From: an uncultured virus (IMG/VR IMGVR_UViG_3300034023_001061)
Taxonomy: Duplodnaviria; Heunggongvirae; Uroviricota; Caudoviricetes
Virus record (IMG/VR): IMGVR_UViG_3300034023_001061
Strand: one strand, 5' to 3'
Length of the DNA: 64,000 bases
Of the stretch, positions 38,581 through 50,225 are shown one piece after another. The position numbers were made by a program, and so were the translations under genes. Within the stretch, counting starts at the first letter, position 1, and each line of letters opens with the position of its first letter. The notes beneath the pieces are model-generated. The model was not told the origin of the DNA, searched no databases, and saw only the letters and a program-made list of their open reading frames with translations.

Positions 38581-41500
38581 CACGGCCACTCGGCGCGGAC
38601 CAGCGCGACCATCGCGGGGTCGGCGCCGTCGCGCTCGCGTTGATCGGCGAGCCTTCGCACTTCGCACACGCGCGCCATGCGCGTGTTGCCCGTGGCCCAG
38701 TACCGCAGTGCGGCGCGGCGGGCGTCGACTCCGAGGTGTTGCGCCGCCGTGGCGTCGCCGCGGAGGAGACGGTGAAACGGGGCGTTGCTAGGCGGTGTTT
38801 CCATCGTGCTTACCTCTTGAACGTGACGAAAACGAACGGTGAGTCGGGCTTCGTCGCGTGCGTTCTCGCGTAGTGCTTCGGGCGGTACTTGCGCTCGAAG
38901 GCGTCGGCGGCGAGCAAGCGACGGGCGTTGTCGGCGCACTCGGCGCAGCGATCGTCGCGCCCCTTGCCGTGGGCGCATCGCCACCCGTAGGCGGATGCGC
39001 TCACGACGCGCCTCGCGAGAGCGGCACGAACGCCTCGACGAGTTCGCGACACGCGAGCACCACGGCGTCGCGTGACGTGGCGCCGCCGACGGGCGCCTCT
39101 ACGGGCGTTTCGACGGCCCACGACGTGTCGGAGAGGCGACGCGCCCACGGCTCGCGGGCCACGGCGGCATCGCACGTCGCGAGTTCGTCGGGCGTCGCGC
39201 CGCGAACGGTCACGACGCTGCGGTGGCGGTCCTGACCCGCGCGGGCGGCGTAGGGCGTCGGGTCGGTGACGTGGATTTTCATAGTGCTCTCGTACGGTGG
39301 TTCGGAGACGATTGTTCACGCGGCGCGCTTGCGGCGGGGCGTGTTGAGCTCCGCGACGGCCCGCGCGCCGTTCTCGTAGAACTCCGCGTCGCCCTCCGCG
39401 ATGCCGCGCACCATATCGCCAGCGCCGTCGCAGAAGAACGACTCGGCGGGGTAGACCACCGCGTCGCGGCACGCTTCGTTGCCGTCGGCGTCGACCGCGA
39501 AGGTGACAAGCGAGCCGCTGTACAGCCCCGCGAAGCCCGTGCCCGTGGGGTACACCCACCGGCAGTCGCACGGGAGGCGGCGCGTCTCCCATCGGAACCC
39601 CAGCGCGAGGAGTTTCGCCGTCGCCTTCTCGCGACCGCAACGCGACTGGTACAGCACGTCGCTCTTCACGAACACACGAGACCCCGTGGCGTCGTCGGTC
39701 ATCCACGAGGTGCCGAAGGGGCTCTCGACCCACCGTCCGCGGGCGGGCGTGCCGTCGAGTCGGCAGAGGCCGACGAAGCCCATGCGCCACCCCGCGCGGG
39801 CGAGTTCCAGCGAGCGTTCGATATGCGAGAGGTGCTGTTGCTCGCACTTCTGCGAGACGAACGAGTCGTCGTCGCGACCTTGCTCGTATCGGTCGGTGTT
39901 GAGCTTCGCGATGCGCGCCTGCTCGGTTGCGAGGAGGGCGGCGAGTTCGGCGACGGGGGCGTTGAAGTGCTTCATGGTGACTCTCTTACGCCCGCCGTCT
40001 CGCGGACCTTACCGGGTCGTGCTGATTTCTCCGCGAGCCCTTCTGGCGCGAGCGATCACCTGTTCGCCAGCGTGGGGATCTTGCAGTTGTCGAGCGCCCA
40101 CCGCGTCCACCACACGAGCCACGCGGTCGCTTCGGCGACGTCCGCGTATCCCGCCGCGACGCACCGCGCGTGCGCGTCCTCGAAGCGCGCGAGGTGACTC
40201 GGCGCAAGCATCGCTGCGCCGGGGTGGTGCGGCATCAGCAATGGCGGCGGATTGTACGCTCCCTTGTCGGCGAGGATATCGTCGATCCCCGCGATGCGCA
40301 TCGCGTGTGACCACCACGCGCAACCGACGTCGAGACGATTCCATCCTCCCGGCGCGTCGGGCACGCGAACCACCTTCGCGACGTGCACACGCAACGCTGC
40401 GATTTCGTCGCACTCGCTCTTCTCCGGTACGAGGAGCGCCGCCTGCCCGATCATAAACGTGTAGCCCATGCTCCGTCTCCCTTCAACGCGGCAAGCCCCG
40501 CAACCTATCGGCGGCGGGGCGTTGGCGTGCGATGCGCTGCTCAGTCGTCGGCGAGCACCCGCGCGATCGTGCGGCGGATCTCGCGACGGTAGACGCGCTC
40601 GGTCTCGATGTTGTAGACCGCAGCCCACCGCTCGGGCACGCGGGCCGACGTCGAGGGCGCTTCGGAGAGCCCGCCGAACCCCGAGTCGAAACCGCGCAGC
40701 GCGTCGGCGTAGGTCTCGGAGTCGGGCGCGTCGCCGTCGAGGTCGCGAACGAGGTCGCTGAACGTTTCGGCTGCGCTGTCCTGCGCCCACGCGAAGGCGT
40801 CGGCGGCGGCGACCTTGAGGCACTGGCGGCGGGCGGTGATCTTGCTGGCGTCGTTGATCTTCATGGTGCTCTCCGAACCCGCGTGGTGCGGGCAACGCCT
40901 TGCGGCATCACGGCAGAATCAGTCGGCGACGGCGACGCGGCGCGCGGTGAGGCCGTCTGTTGCCACGTCGAGGGCGTCGGCAACCTCCTGCACGACCGCG
41001 CCGAGCCACCAGCCGGATTCCACGATGTCGAGCCCTACGATGGCGCCGTCGGGCGACTCGACCGCGACGATCTCTTCGCCGCGCCGCAGACGCAGCGACG
41101 CGGGGCACGGAGCGCCAGCGGCGCGCAACCGACGCGCGGTGCGGCGGGTTTCGGACGAAGCGGCGCGGGGCATATCGCTCTTGCTGGCGGGTGTGTTCGT
41201 CATGGTGCCTCTCGTACGGTTCCATCGGCGCGCTTCTTACGTCGCCTCGCCGATTTCTTCGCCGCCCACCTCGCACGGCCCGTCGGCCCACTGCCACCAG
41301 CGGTCGGCGTACAGTGCGGCGATCACCTCGGCGGCGGTGCCGCGCTCGCCCTTCGCTTCGCACTCGCCGCGCTGCTCGCCCGTGGGCACGTAGCTCTCGC
41401 TCGCGTCGTCCCACCGGGTCACAGCCCACAACCGCACCACCACGGGCACGCCGCGCCCGATGCGCGCGATCCAGAACTGGCCCTCGTGGTCGTCGGGCTC

Positions 41501-43693
41501 GGTGTGCTCCGCGATCTCAGCGGGCGTCGGCGGCGTTGCGCGGCCCGCGGCGGTCACGCGAGCACCGCCGCGATGGTCTCCGCCGAAACGTACTTCGAGG
41601 CGAGAGCGTCGACCTTCGCTTGCGACGCGGCGTGGTTCGGGCCGCTCAAATCCACCACGCCGAAGTCGATGCACTGCGCGACGCACTCGCATCGACTGCG
41701 TGCGGTGCGTGCGGCGAGGATCGCCTCGTCGGCGTCGGGATCGGCCCACGCATTGGCGGCGGCTTCGATCGAGAACGCTGCTGCGCATCGCACGTACACG
41801 TCACGAGAGAGGCTCCGGTAGTTCTCGTGGTATTCTTCGTTGAATGGTTGCACGAGCGCGTCCGCCTCGGCGACGTTGCCCGCGAGGCACTCCGCAAGCA
41901 TCGCTTGCACGCGCGCATCGTCGCACAAGTCGGCGGCGACGCGCGCGTACGCGGAGGCGACGGCGCGAACGTCGTCGAGGCTTGAGGTTGTCGTCGCGGT
42001 CTTGTGGTCGGTCGGCATGTTCTTCGGTTCCTTCACCGCAGCGAGCCGCGGCCCGTGAAGGTGCGCGGTTGTTGCGTGCGCTGCGCGGCGCTGGCTGGCG
42101 ATGGCTAGGTGCTGGCGGCGTCCTGCATGCCGAGGAGGATGCCTCGCCGCATCTCGACTTCGGCAGCAGCGCGGCCGACGTCTCCGGGCTGCGACAGAGG
42201 CGAACCGCTGCGGAGGTCTTCGATCGCAGACTCCAGACGTTCGACCGCGGCGTCGAGGGCGCTCTGCGCGCGGTTGATCTTGAGGGCGATGGCAGCGTTG
42301 GTTCCGGGCGCGGTCGTCATGGTGTCCTGTTCCTTCTTCGGGGCGTCACGCCCTCGATGCCACTTGTACGTCGCCAGTCGAGGCGGCCTTACGTCACCCT
42401 GCCGATTTCTCCGCAGCGGCGGCGAGGCGCTGTTTCGCCACCGTCACGTCGCACTGCTCGGGCACACCGTGGGCTTGGTAGCCCGCGCAGCGGGCATTCT
42501 CGGCCTCGTGTGAGACGTTGAACGCGATATCCGCGAGCGACTTCGCCGCGGAGTAGGCGGCGCTGTTCACGCGCTGCGCGGTCTCCGTGGCGCCGTCGCG
42601 GTAGCCCCGCAGGTAGTTGTCGTTCTCGCGGTTCGCGACCGCTTCGACGTTGACCGCCGCCGCGACCGCTTCGTCGATCGCCAGCGTCACGAGGCGTTCG
42701 ACTTCGGCGCGACGCTCGGGCGTCGTGCGGAGGGCTGCGAGTGCTGCGGTGACCTTCGATCGTGTGTTCATAGTGCCTCAATGCCGCAAGCCCCGTGGCG
42801 CGAGCCTACGGGGCGGGGGGCGGCGTGTTGTTTCAGATCGCGTCCCACGCTTTCAGCACGAGGGCGTGCTTGCGGGCGAACGCGTCGGCGTCGCCCGCGA
42901 ACGCTGCGTAGTCGCCGCGCTCGTAGGCGGAGTTCATCGACGCGCTGATCTCGCCGAGTTCGGCGACCTCGCGCTGGAGTGTCTTGAACGCCGCTGCCCT
43001 GCCTGCCTTCGTGTGCTTCATGGTGACTCTTCTACGCCTCCGGTCGCCCGGTTCTTTACGTCGCTCCGCCGATTCCATCCCGCGCCCCGCGAGCACGGAC
43101 AACCGGCGCGATATCGGGCCATCGCCCGCGGGACGGTTGTGCGTTCAGCGGCGCATCGCGCCCGCGAGGTAGTACCTCGCGATGTAGAACGTCGAATCGT
43201 CGCCGTTCCAGTCCGCAACCCACTGCTCGCACTCCCGGCGCGACTTGAAGGTGCGCACCGGCTGCATCGTTTCGGAGCGAAGCGCGCACCATCCCTCACG
43301 GTCTGGAGCGAGTTTCATGAAGGCTGCGCGCACGGTCACGACGCACCGCGTTCGCGGCAGGTTTCGATGTTCATAGCGAGCCTTCTACGCCAGTCACGTC
43401 GCAGTTCTTTACGCTGCCCGTCGGTTTTCTCCGCTGGCCTTCTTTACGGGCGCGCTCGCTAAGTTTCGGCGCCGTCGCCTGAACAACGGCCCGCGCGCCG
43501 ACGGCGTAGTGAGGCTCGCTTTACGAAGCCGTATCGTCGCTCACCGGAACGCCTCCCGCGAGGCGCAGTGCGCGCCGCCGTTCACCACCACGCACACGTC
43601 GTCGGGCGAGCACCCGCACGGCGCCGTCGGGTACGCCGCACGCATCGGAGCGCACGCGATCATCGCCACCGCGAGAACGATCGCGCGCGTCAC
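38580..43693 (-). CDS. array of small hypothetical genes (e.g. 39001-39282, 39316-39975, 40056-40469, 40541-40864, 40919-41203, 41237-41557, 41554-42036, 42105-42320, 42394-42771, 42833-43021, 43145-43339)
   Basis: consistent minus-strand GC3 bias; many preceded by class B motifs. Confidence 0.55.
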
Positions 43694-43989
43694 TTCTTGC
43701 CCCCGAGGGCGCCCATGCCCGCGAGCATCACTTCGCGCAGCGTCGCCGCCATCGTCTCGCCGCGTGACGTAGCGAGCGCACGCCACCGCTCGCGCAGCGC
43801 CCGGTCGAGCAGCGGGGCGCCGTCGACAAGAAACGCGAGCACGATGTCGGTGATCCGCGCCTCCTTGCCGTCGGGCGTGTGGTACTCCCGCCGCATCTCG
43901 GTGATGCTCGCGTAGATGCCGGGGGGCACGCGGGCGAACACACGGGGGTTGCCACGTTTGCCCGGTCGTTTCGTCGGTTCGTCGTCCAT
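43690..43989 (-). CDS. small putative DNA-binding protein divergent from the recombinase
   Basis: PRVFARVP strand-helix-helix pattern (RHH-like). Confidence 0.45.
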   Translation of the reverse strand: MDDEPTKRPGKRGNPRVFARVPPGIYASITEMRREYHTPDGKEARITDIVLAFLVDGAPLLDRALRERWRALATSRGETMAATLREVMLAGMGALGGKK

Positions 43990-44108
43990 CGCGGGCAATA
44001 GTGCGCTTTCGCTTCTCAATTGTCAACGCCGGTTCCCGTGTGCCGCGATTGACACGACCTACAATACTAATTGTCGCGCGTGTAAGGTTCATGTGCTACG
44101 GTTCGCCC

Positions 44109-45155
44109 ATGAATGAGGAATCGTTGTCAGAAATCGTCGTTCTCGACGCAGACCCCACCCCCGCCGACGATCACGCGCTGGTGCCGCTCAAGCGTCGCCT
44201 GCCGAACGATCGAAACCCCATGCTCCTGTACCTGGGGCGCCTCACGGGCGAGACGTCCGCGAAGACGATGGCGCGCGTGCTCAAGCGCGTCGGCGCCGTG
44301 ATCGCTTCGTGGATGGGCGCCGACGACGTTCCGTACGATCAACTCCCGTGGCATATGCTCCGCTACCAGCACGTCGCACGGCTGCGCTCGCAGTGGGCGC
44401 AGGCGGGGCTCAAGCCTCGCACCATCAACCAGTACCTCAGTGCGGTGAAGGGCGTGATCGACGAAGCCGAGAACCTCGGGTTGATCCCGCCCGACGATGC
44501 CCGCCGCGTCGAGAAGGTGAAGGGGCTCAAGATCCGCGACGAGTTGCTCGCGGGACGTTCGATCGAAGACGACGAGGTTCGCGCCCTCGTGTCGGCGTGC
44601 GACACGTCGGTGATGGGGTTGCGCAACCACGCGCTGCTCGCGCTTCTGTTCGGTGGCGGGCTGCGCCGTCGCGAGGTCTCGAAGGTGCGCATCGGCGACT
44701 TCGACGCGGCGCATGGCGAAGTGCGCGTGCGGGGCAAGGGCGCGAAGGAACGCCTCGTGCCGCTCTCTCCCGACGCGGTGACGATGGTGAAGGCGTGGCT
44801 CGTGCGTCGCGGCACGAGCGACGGGAACGGCGCCCCGTTGCTCGTGGCGTTCACTTTAGAGGGCGAGGTGAAGCGCGCGAACGGCGCGGTGACGCACCTC
44901 ACGTCGTCGGGCGTCTACCGCGTGCTCTGCGCCATCGCCGAGAAGGCGAACGTTCGCGATATCAGTCCGCACGATGCCCGCCGCACGCGCATCACCGAAA
45001 TGCTCCTCGCCGGGGAGAACATCGTGACGGTGCAGCGCATCGCGGGGCACGAGTCCGTCGAGACGACGGGGCGCTACGTTCGCACGGGGCAAGAGGCGGC
45101 GCGTGAGTCCGCCGCGCGCGTCCCCATGCTCAAGCGCAAGCCCGCCGCGGAGTAG
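44109..45155 (+). CDS. tyrosine recombinase/integrase (XerC/D-like)
   Basis: GLRRREV (R), GKGAKER (K), SPHDARRT (HxxR), AGHESVETTGRY (H, Y). Confidence 0.92.
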   Translation: MNEESLSEIVVLDADPTPADDHALVPLKRRLPNDRNPMLLYLGRLTGETSAKTMARVLKRVGAVIASWMGADDVPYDQLPWHMLRYQHVARLRSQWAQAGLKPRTINQYLSAVKGVIDEAENLGLIPPDDARRVEKVKGLKIRDELLAGRSIEDDEVRALVSACDTSVMGLRNHALLALLFGGGLRRREVSKVRIGDFDAAHGEVRVRGKGAKERLVPLSPDAVTMVKAWLVRRGTSDGNGAPLLVAFTLEGEVKRANGAVTHLTSSGVYRVLCAIAEKANVRDISPHDARRTRITEMLLAGENIVTVQRIAGHESVETTGRYVRTGQEAARESAARVPMLKRKPAAE

Positions 45156-45210
45156 CGCGCGCCCGCGCTCGACGGTTGCGTTCTGCGGGCGTTCGTGTAG
45201 CGTCACACGT

Positions 45211-45726
45211 ATGGCAACCAAGAAGAAGTCTACGAGGAAGCGTCCGTCGAAGTTGGCGTGCAAGCGCCGCGCGAAGGCGCTCCCGAAGAAGCGCACGGCG
45301 TCGGCAGGCAAGTCGCTCGCAGCGTGCCGTCGCCCTGCGAAGCGCGCCTCCGTCCGCAACGGCTATTACAGCCCGTCCGAAGTCGCCGAACTCAACGAGT
45401 ATTTCAGCGCCGACAGCGTGCGGCGTCGCGAGGCCGCGCGCGCAGCATCGGTCCCCGACTTGTCGGGGTGGCAAGCGTACCGCGGCGGGTCGTACGGACT
45501 GAGAGTGTCCGAGGACCGCTCCTACGAGATCGAACCCGTATCGCGCGTCGCGCGCAAGAACGATCACGCGGGCTACGTTCTTCGCGTGAACCACGGAGTC
45601 TACCAAGACTTCGTAGGCCGCAACGGGAAGTACGCGGACCCTTCGCGCGGTGCGAAGGATTACCTCTTCCGCACACCCGAGCAGGCCGTTCTCGCCGCAC
45701 GCTCGCACCGCCGCGACAACCTCTGA
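45211..45726 (+). CDS. hypothetical protein with 51-aa basic leader ending ASVRNG
   Basis: TTGCGT-16-TAGCGT-7-ATG; leader shared with ORF 17043. Confidence 0.75.
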   Translation: MATKKKSTRKRPSKLACKRRAKALPKKRTASAGKSLAACRRPAKRASVRNGYYSPSEVAELNEYFSADSVRRREAARAASVPDLSGWQAYRGGSYGLRVSEDRSYEIEPVSRVARKNDHAGYVLRVNHGVYQDFVGRNGKYADPSRGAKDYLFRTPEQAVLAARSHRRDNL

Positions 45727-45795
45727 GGCGCGCATCGCGCCCTCACCCCACCAGTCGCAGTTCCCTCGCCACGGCCCGCCCGAGCACCCTCGGCC

Positions 45796-48683
45796 TCACC
45801 CTTCGTCGTACGCGCCGCGATCGAACGTCGCGGGCGGCGTCCACCCCGCCCTGAGCGCGGTTTTGATCCACTCCGGCAACCGCGGCTTCATGCCGAGCGA
45901 TCGGCGGAGTTCATCGCTGCCGCCATCGCTCTCGGACTCCATCGAGTCGAGAAGTTGCGGGAGACTGCACCTCTGCATGCCCGTGCCGTGACCGCCGTTG
46001 TCCATCCACGTTTGATCGTTGGCGTCGATGGCCCAGTAGTTGTCGATATCCCACCCCATCGAGGGGTAGCGACCCGCGCGCTTGAGCGGGAGCGCAGGCC
46101 CCGCTTCTCGCCCACCGTCGAGGTAGAAGTTGAAGTGCTCACCGTCGAACTCGATCGTGATGCTCATAGTCTATGATCCCCTTGCCACGGCCCGCCCGAG
46201 CACAGTCGGTTTCGCCGTGAACGTTGTGTACGACACGTCGTGCGACCCGCCGATCCAGCGCCCGAACGCGCCGCGGTTGAGTTGATTGTCCGACTGCGTG
46301 CGCGCCGCCAGTTCGATCAACCCGAGCGCGTGGATCGCGTGCAGCGTGCGAACGTCTCGCACGTCACCGTGAGCGCCCGTGGTGACGCTCACCCCGGAGC
46401 GGAGACCCTCGCCCCACCGGGCGATTTCGCGAGCGTTCGCGGCGTCCCACGCCTTGACGACGTGGGCGAGGGCGGCGCGCTGCGCGGGTGTGAGTTTCGG
46501 GTGTTTCATGGCGAGCATCCTACGCCACCCGGCGTGGCGATCTAACTCGAAAACGAGACGGCGCCCGCGGCGGTGAGTTCCGCTACCGAGACCGTTTGCC
46601 ACTGGCAGTCCGGTTCACGCCCCGCGGCGACTTCGGCGTCGCAATACGCCTGCTTGCGAGCGAGAAGCGTTGCGCCAGCGCGTCGCTCGACTTGCTCACG
46701 AACGGCCTCCGCGGCGGCGAACGCATCGGCCCACGTAGCCCCTTCGCCGACGGTTACGACAACCGTCATTTTTTCGGCAAAGACGATGCGGAACACGCCT
46801 TCGGATCGCTTGTGATGGAGCATAAGGGCGAACCCCCAGCGGGCATAGTTCTGCTCGGCAACCTGCTTGCGCGTCGTCGGTCTCATGCCTCTCATACGCC
46901 TCACGGCGCGGCGATCTAACGGGGGAGGCGCCGATTTGTGATCGCATCGGACGTTGGCGCCAGTCGCTAACGCAGTACGCGCCTCCAGTGTGTTCCGAGC
47001 GTCTGAAGGTTCGCATTTTTCATCCGCTCTACTAGGCGAATCGCCTGCTCTGGAGGAGGCATATATCCAGACTGCGTGTATCGTCGCCGAGGTCTGGAGA
47101 GCCATTGATAGTCGTGATAGAACCGTTCGCCGTCATGCGTTGTGGCGAATATGCGCCATGCTGTGCAGAATTGGTGCGTTCTTGAACCGCTCATCACGGT
47201 GCTGTTCGCGATCTCGAACTTCATGCCGCTCTCCTGAGAAGATGGCTACTCGGGGTCGACGTCGATGCCGTTCGCTTCGCCGAAGCGGCGCACTGCGCTG
47301 GTCAGTGATTCCCACGCGCGCCTGAGCGATGCTTCGGTTCGCCCGTGCTTCACCGTGTCCGTTCCAGTGAAGAGAGCAAACCTGCTAGCGTTCTGGATGA
47401 AAACGTCTCGATCCATGCGATACGCACCGACTTCGAGGTTGTCGTAGACGCCTCGCAGACTATCGATCATATCGCTCATGACGGCAGGGCCGACTTCGAC
47501 GAGTACCGGGTCAAGGGCGAAGAATTCGTCAGAATTTTTCGCGATCGCCCCGTACTTCTCCGACTCGTTGTACAGACGGTAACTGCCGGTTTTTCCTCCC
47601 CACCCGAGGCCCGACTGTAGACGAACCACCGGGTTACCGAACAATCCCATCATCCTGTATCGAGAGTCGATCAGGAGAGGCGAGCGGACCGGCTTCATGC
47701 CTTTGGGATAGTTGAGTGCAGTTGTGACGAGCATTGTTCGCATAGTGGTTACCTCGTACAACGATTACGCGGCATCGTGTTGTGATGTCAACCGATTCTA
47801 CGCCACCCGGCGCGGAGTTCTTACGAAGAAACGGCCCCCTCGGACTCGACGCGACGGCAAAACTCTCTGCCCTCCGAAACCCACGCCTCGCCCGGAAGAT
47901 CACTGAGACGGACCGTCATGACGCTAACGGGGGCGGCGCTCGCGGTCGGTGAGCGCGCGGAACACGCCGAGTCGGTTCGGGCGCTCCGGGGCGAACGCAG
48001 CGCGCGGACGTTCGGTTCTAGGTGCCACGTTCACCATCACTGCCACCGCATCACGCCGATCACGAGGCGCGGCTTGCTCGCACCGGGGATGATGCGCCGC
48101 AGTTGCTCGATCGTGGCGCGCTGCCGCTTCGAGAACCGCATCGCGGCTGCGACCCTCTCGGGAGTAGTCGTTGCGAGCCCGCCGCCGTCGCCATCGCCCG
48201 TCGCGTGCGCCGCTTCGCGCCCGATCACCCACCGCACGTCAACGTCGCTGCCGCACCACTCGACGGTGAGCCCGCGGCGCCACAACCGTCTGTCGATCCC
48301 GTTCATGACGCGACTGAGCACGGAGCGCCACCACCGGGTGTGTTCGCTGCCCTGCGTATCGTCGTCGTCGCCATCGTCGGGCGGTTCCACGTCGAGCGAG
48401 AACGCCGCCACGAGTTGTCGGATCACGGCGGGCGGGAGGTCTTCGGTGTCGACGATGATCCCGTAGGTGACCCACGCGGAGGTGTCTATGCCCACGATGC
48501 CTCCTCGCGGACGGGCGAACCGTTCGCATCGACGGGTGACGAAACGCGCGCCATCGCGATGCGGGGCGGCGGGAGCGTCGGCTCTACTGGCGCCGCGACG
48601 GGCTCGCGCCCGCACGACTCGCGGTAGCCGATGAACCAGAGGTCGCCGTTCGGCCCCTCCGCGAAGGGGAGTTCGAGTTCCAT
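45796..48683 (-). CDS. cluster of hypothetical genes (45796-46167, 46171-46509, 46542-46886, 46967-47224, 47246-47743, 48037-48495, 48486-48683)
   Basis: minus-strand ORFs, several with class B motifs; 46900-47800 is visibly AT-richer. Confidence 0.5.
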
Positions 48684-48714
48684 GCCCCTTCTACGTCGCG
48701 GGGCGACCGATTCT

Positions 48715-49083
48715 TTACGTGGCGGCGAAGAATTCTGCGAGGGTGCCCGCGCTCACCAGCGCGTAGCCACGCGCCATCGCCTCGGTCGCGGAGCGTCGGT
48801 CGAGCAGAACGGCGACGCCCCGCGCCTCGATCGCAGCGCGGCGATCGTCGGCCAGTGCGAGAACGTCCGCAGGCGCGCAGCGAACGTACACGGCGAAGCG
48901 GGCGAGTTGGTCGATCGTAAGGGCGGACGTGCCGTGCTCGATGCGCGACCACGTACTCGGCGCTAGTTCCATCGCCGCAGCGCAGTCCGCTTGCGTAGCG
49001 CCGTGACGGTCGCGGAGCCGCGCGACGGCGGCACCGACGATCGCGGCGTAGGTGGTGGCGGGGGTCACGGCGCGGTCGCTCAC
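48715..49083 (-). CDS. XRE-family helix-turn-helix regulator
   Basis: LRDRHGATQADCAAAMELAPSTWSRIEHG. Confidence 0.8.
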   Translation of the reverse strand: MSDRAVTPATTYAAIVGAAVARLRDRHGATQADCAAAMELAPSTWSRIEHGTSALTIDQLARFAVYVRCAPADVLALADDRRAAIEARGVAVLLDRRSATEAMARGYALVSAGTLAEFFAAT

Positions 49084-49356
49084 CGCGACGCCTTGGATGC
49101 GAGGTTCTTCGCGTCCGCAATCGCCTCTCGCTTGTCGTGCCACGGGTACAGCACGGATCGCTCGACGGTGTCGATCACGGTGTACGCTGCGGCCATGCGG
49201 AACGTGCGCCCGACTTCGCGGAGTCCGACACGCGCAGCGATGAAGCGGCCATCCTTCGACGACCACGCCACGTCGCCACGCCGAACGGTGACGCCTTCGC
49301 CCTTGAAAACAACGTCGTCGATCATGCTGGTTATACGACGCTGGTGGCGCCGTTCT

Positions 49357-50148
49357 TCAGCGGCCGAACCACTTCCCCGGCGTTCGTGGTTTCGGATTGC
49401 TCCACAACTTGAACGCTTCGATGTATTCCGGCCCGATCGTTCCGCGCGCACGGTCGCCGCCTACCTCGAAGATCGCCGACGGCGGCACGCCGTACCTCAT
49501 GCGGTACTGGTGCGCACCAGCCGAGATATCGCGGTCGTCGAGGTCGGGCGATAGATCGTCCCACGGAACGATCACGCGGAGCACGATAGGGTCGCCCCCG
49601 TGCTCGCGCGCGGCCTTGAGCGCGTAGTCCCACGCACCGCCCGGTCCGCCGCTCGGTGCGCGCGTGAGGTACACCCAACCGCGCGTCGTGCTCGACCACG
49701 TACGTTTCGGTGCATCGGTCTGGAGACCGTTGCGTTTGATATCGCGGAGGAGCGCGGTCGACGTTCCGTGGTACATCCACACGAGAGCGCCCGTGAACTT
49801 CCCACGGTGCCCGCCCTTCGGCTTCGGCGGAACCTCGAACGCTTGCGACTCCCATCGCTCGGCTTCGGCGGCGGCAAGGTCGTACCCCGAACGCTTCGAC
49901 GACTCGGCCTCGCGCTCCGCGATCCACTCTTCGACCTCGGTTCGGTCGGAGGCAAGAAGGAACTCGACGAAGCGATTCCACAGGATGTAAGGCGTCGTTC
50001 GCGCGTGCGCGATGGCGCGGTCGTAGAGCGGATCGCCCCACAAGCGAGCGGGATAAGGCACCTTCTTCGCGCGGTCGATCCACTTCGGCATCCTGCCGAC
50101 TGCCGTGTTTCGTATAGACCTTCGGAGTACGTTCTTCGCTCTAGCCAT
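49357..50148 (-). CDS. ADP-ribosyltransferase-fold protein (Tpt1/KptA C-lobe-like) with RRSIRN leader
   Basis: MYHGTS..L..I...GL...VYLT...IVLRV...VPPSAI; TTGCCT-17-TAGCGT promoter. Confidence 0.65.
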   Translation of the reverse strand: MARAKNVLRRSIRNTAVGRMPKWIDRAKKVPYPARLWGDPLYDRAIAHARTTPYILWNRFVEFLLASDRTEVEEWIAEREAESSKRSGYDLAAAEAERWESQAFEVPPKPKGGHRGKFTGALVWMYHGTSTALLRDIKRNGLQTDAPKRTWSSTTRGWVYLTRAPSGGPGGAWDYALKAAREHGGDPIVLRVIVPWDDLSPDLDDRDISAGAHQYRMRYGVPPSAIFEVGGDRARGTIGPEYIEAFKLWSNPKPRTPGKWFGR

Positions 50149-50225
50149 CGCATCCGTACGCTACGCGAGCATTTGCCGCTAGGCAACTAGCAACGCTCGC
50201 CGCGCGAGGGTGTATCCTCGCAGCC

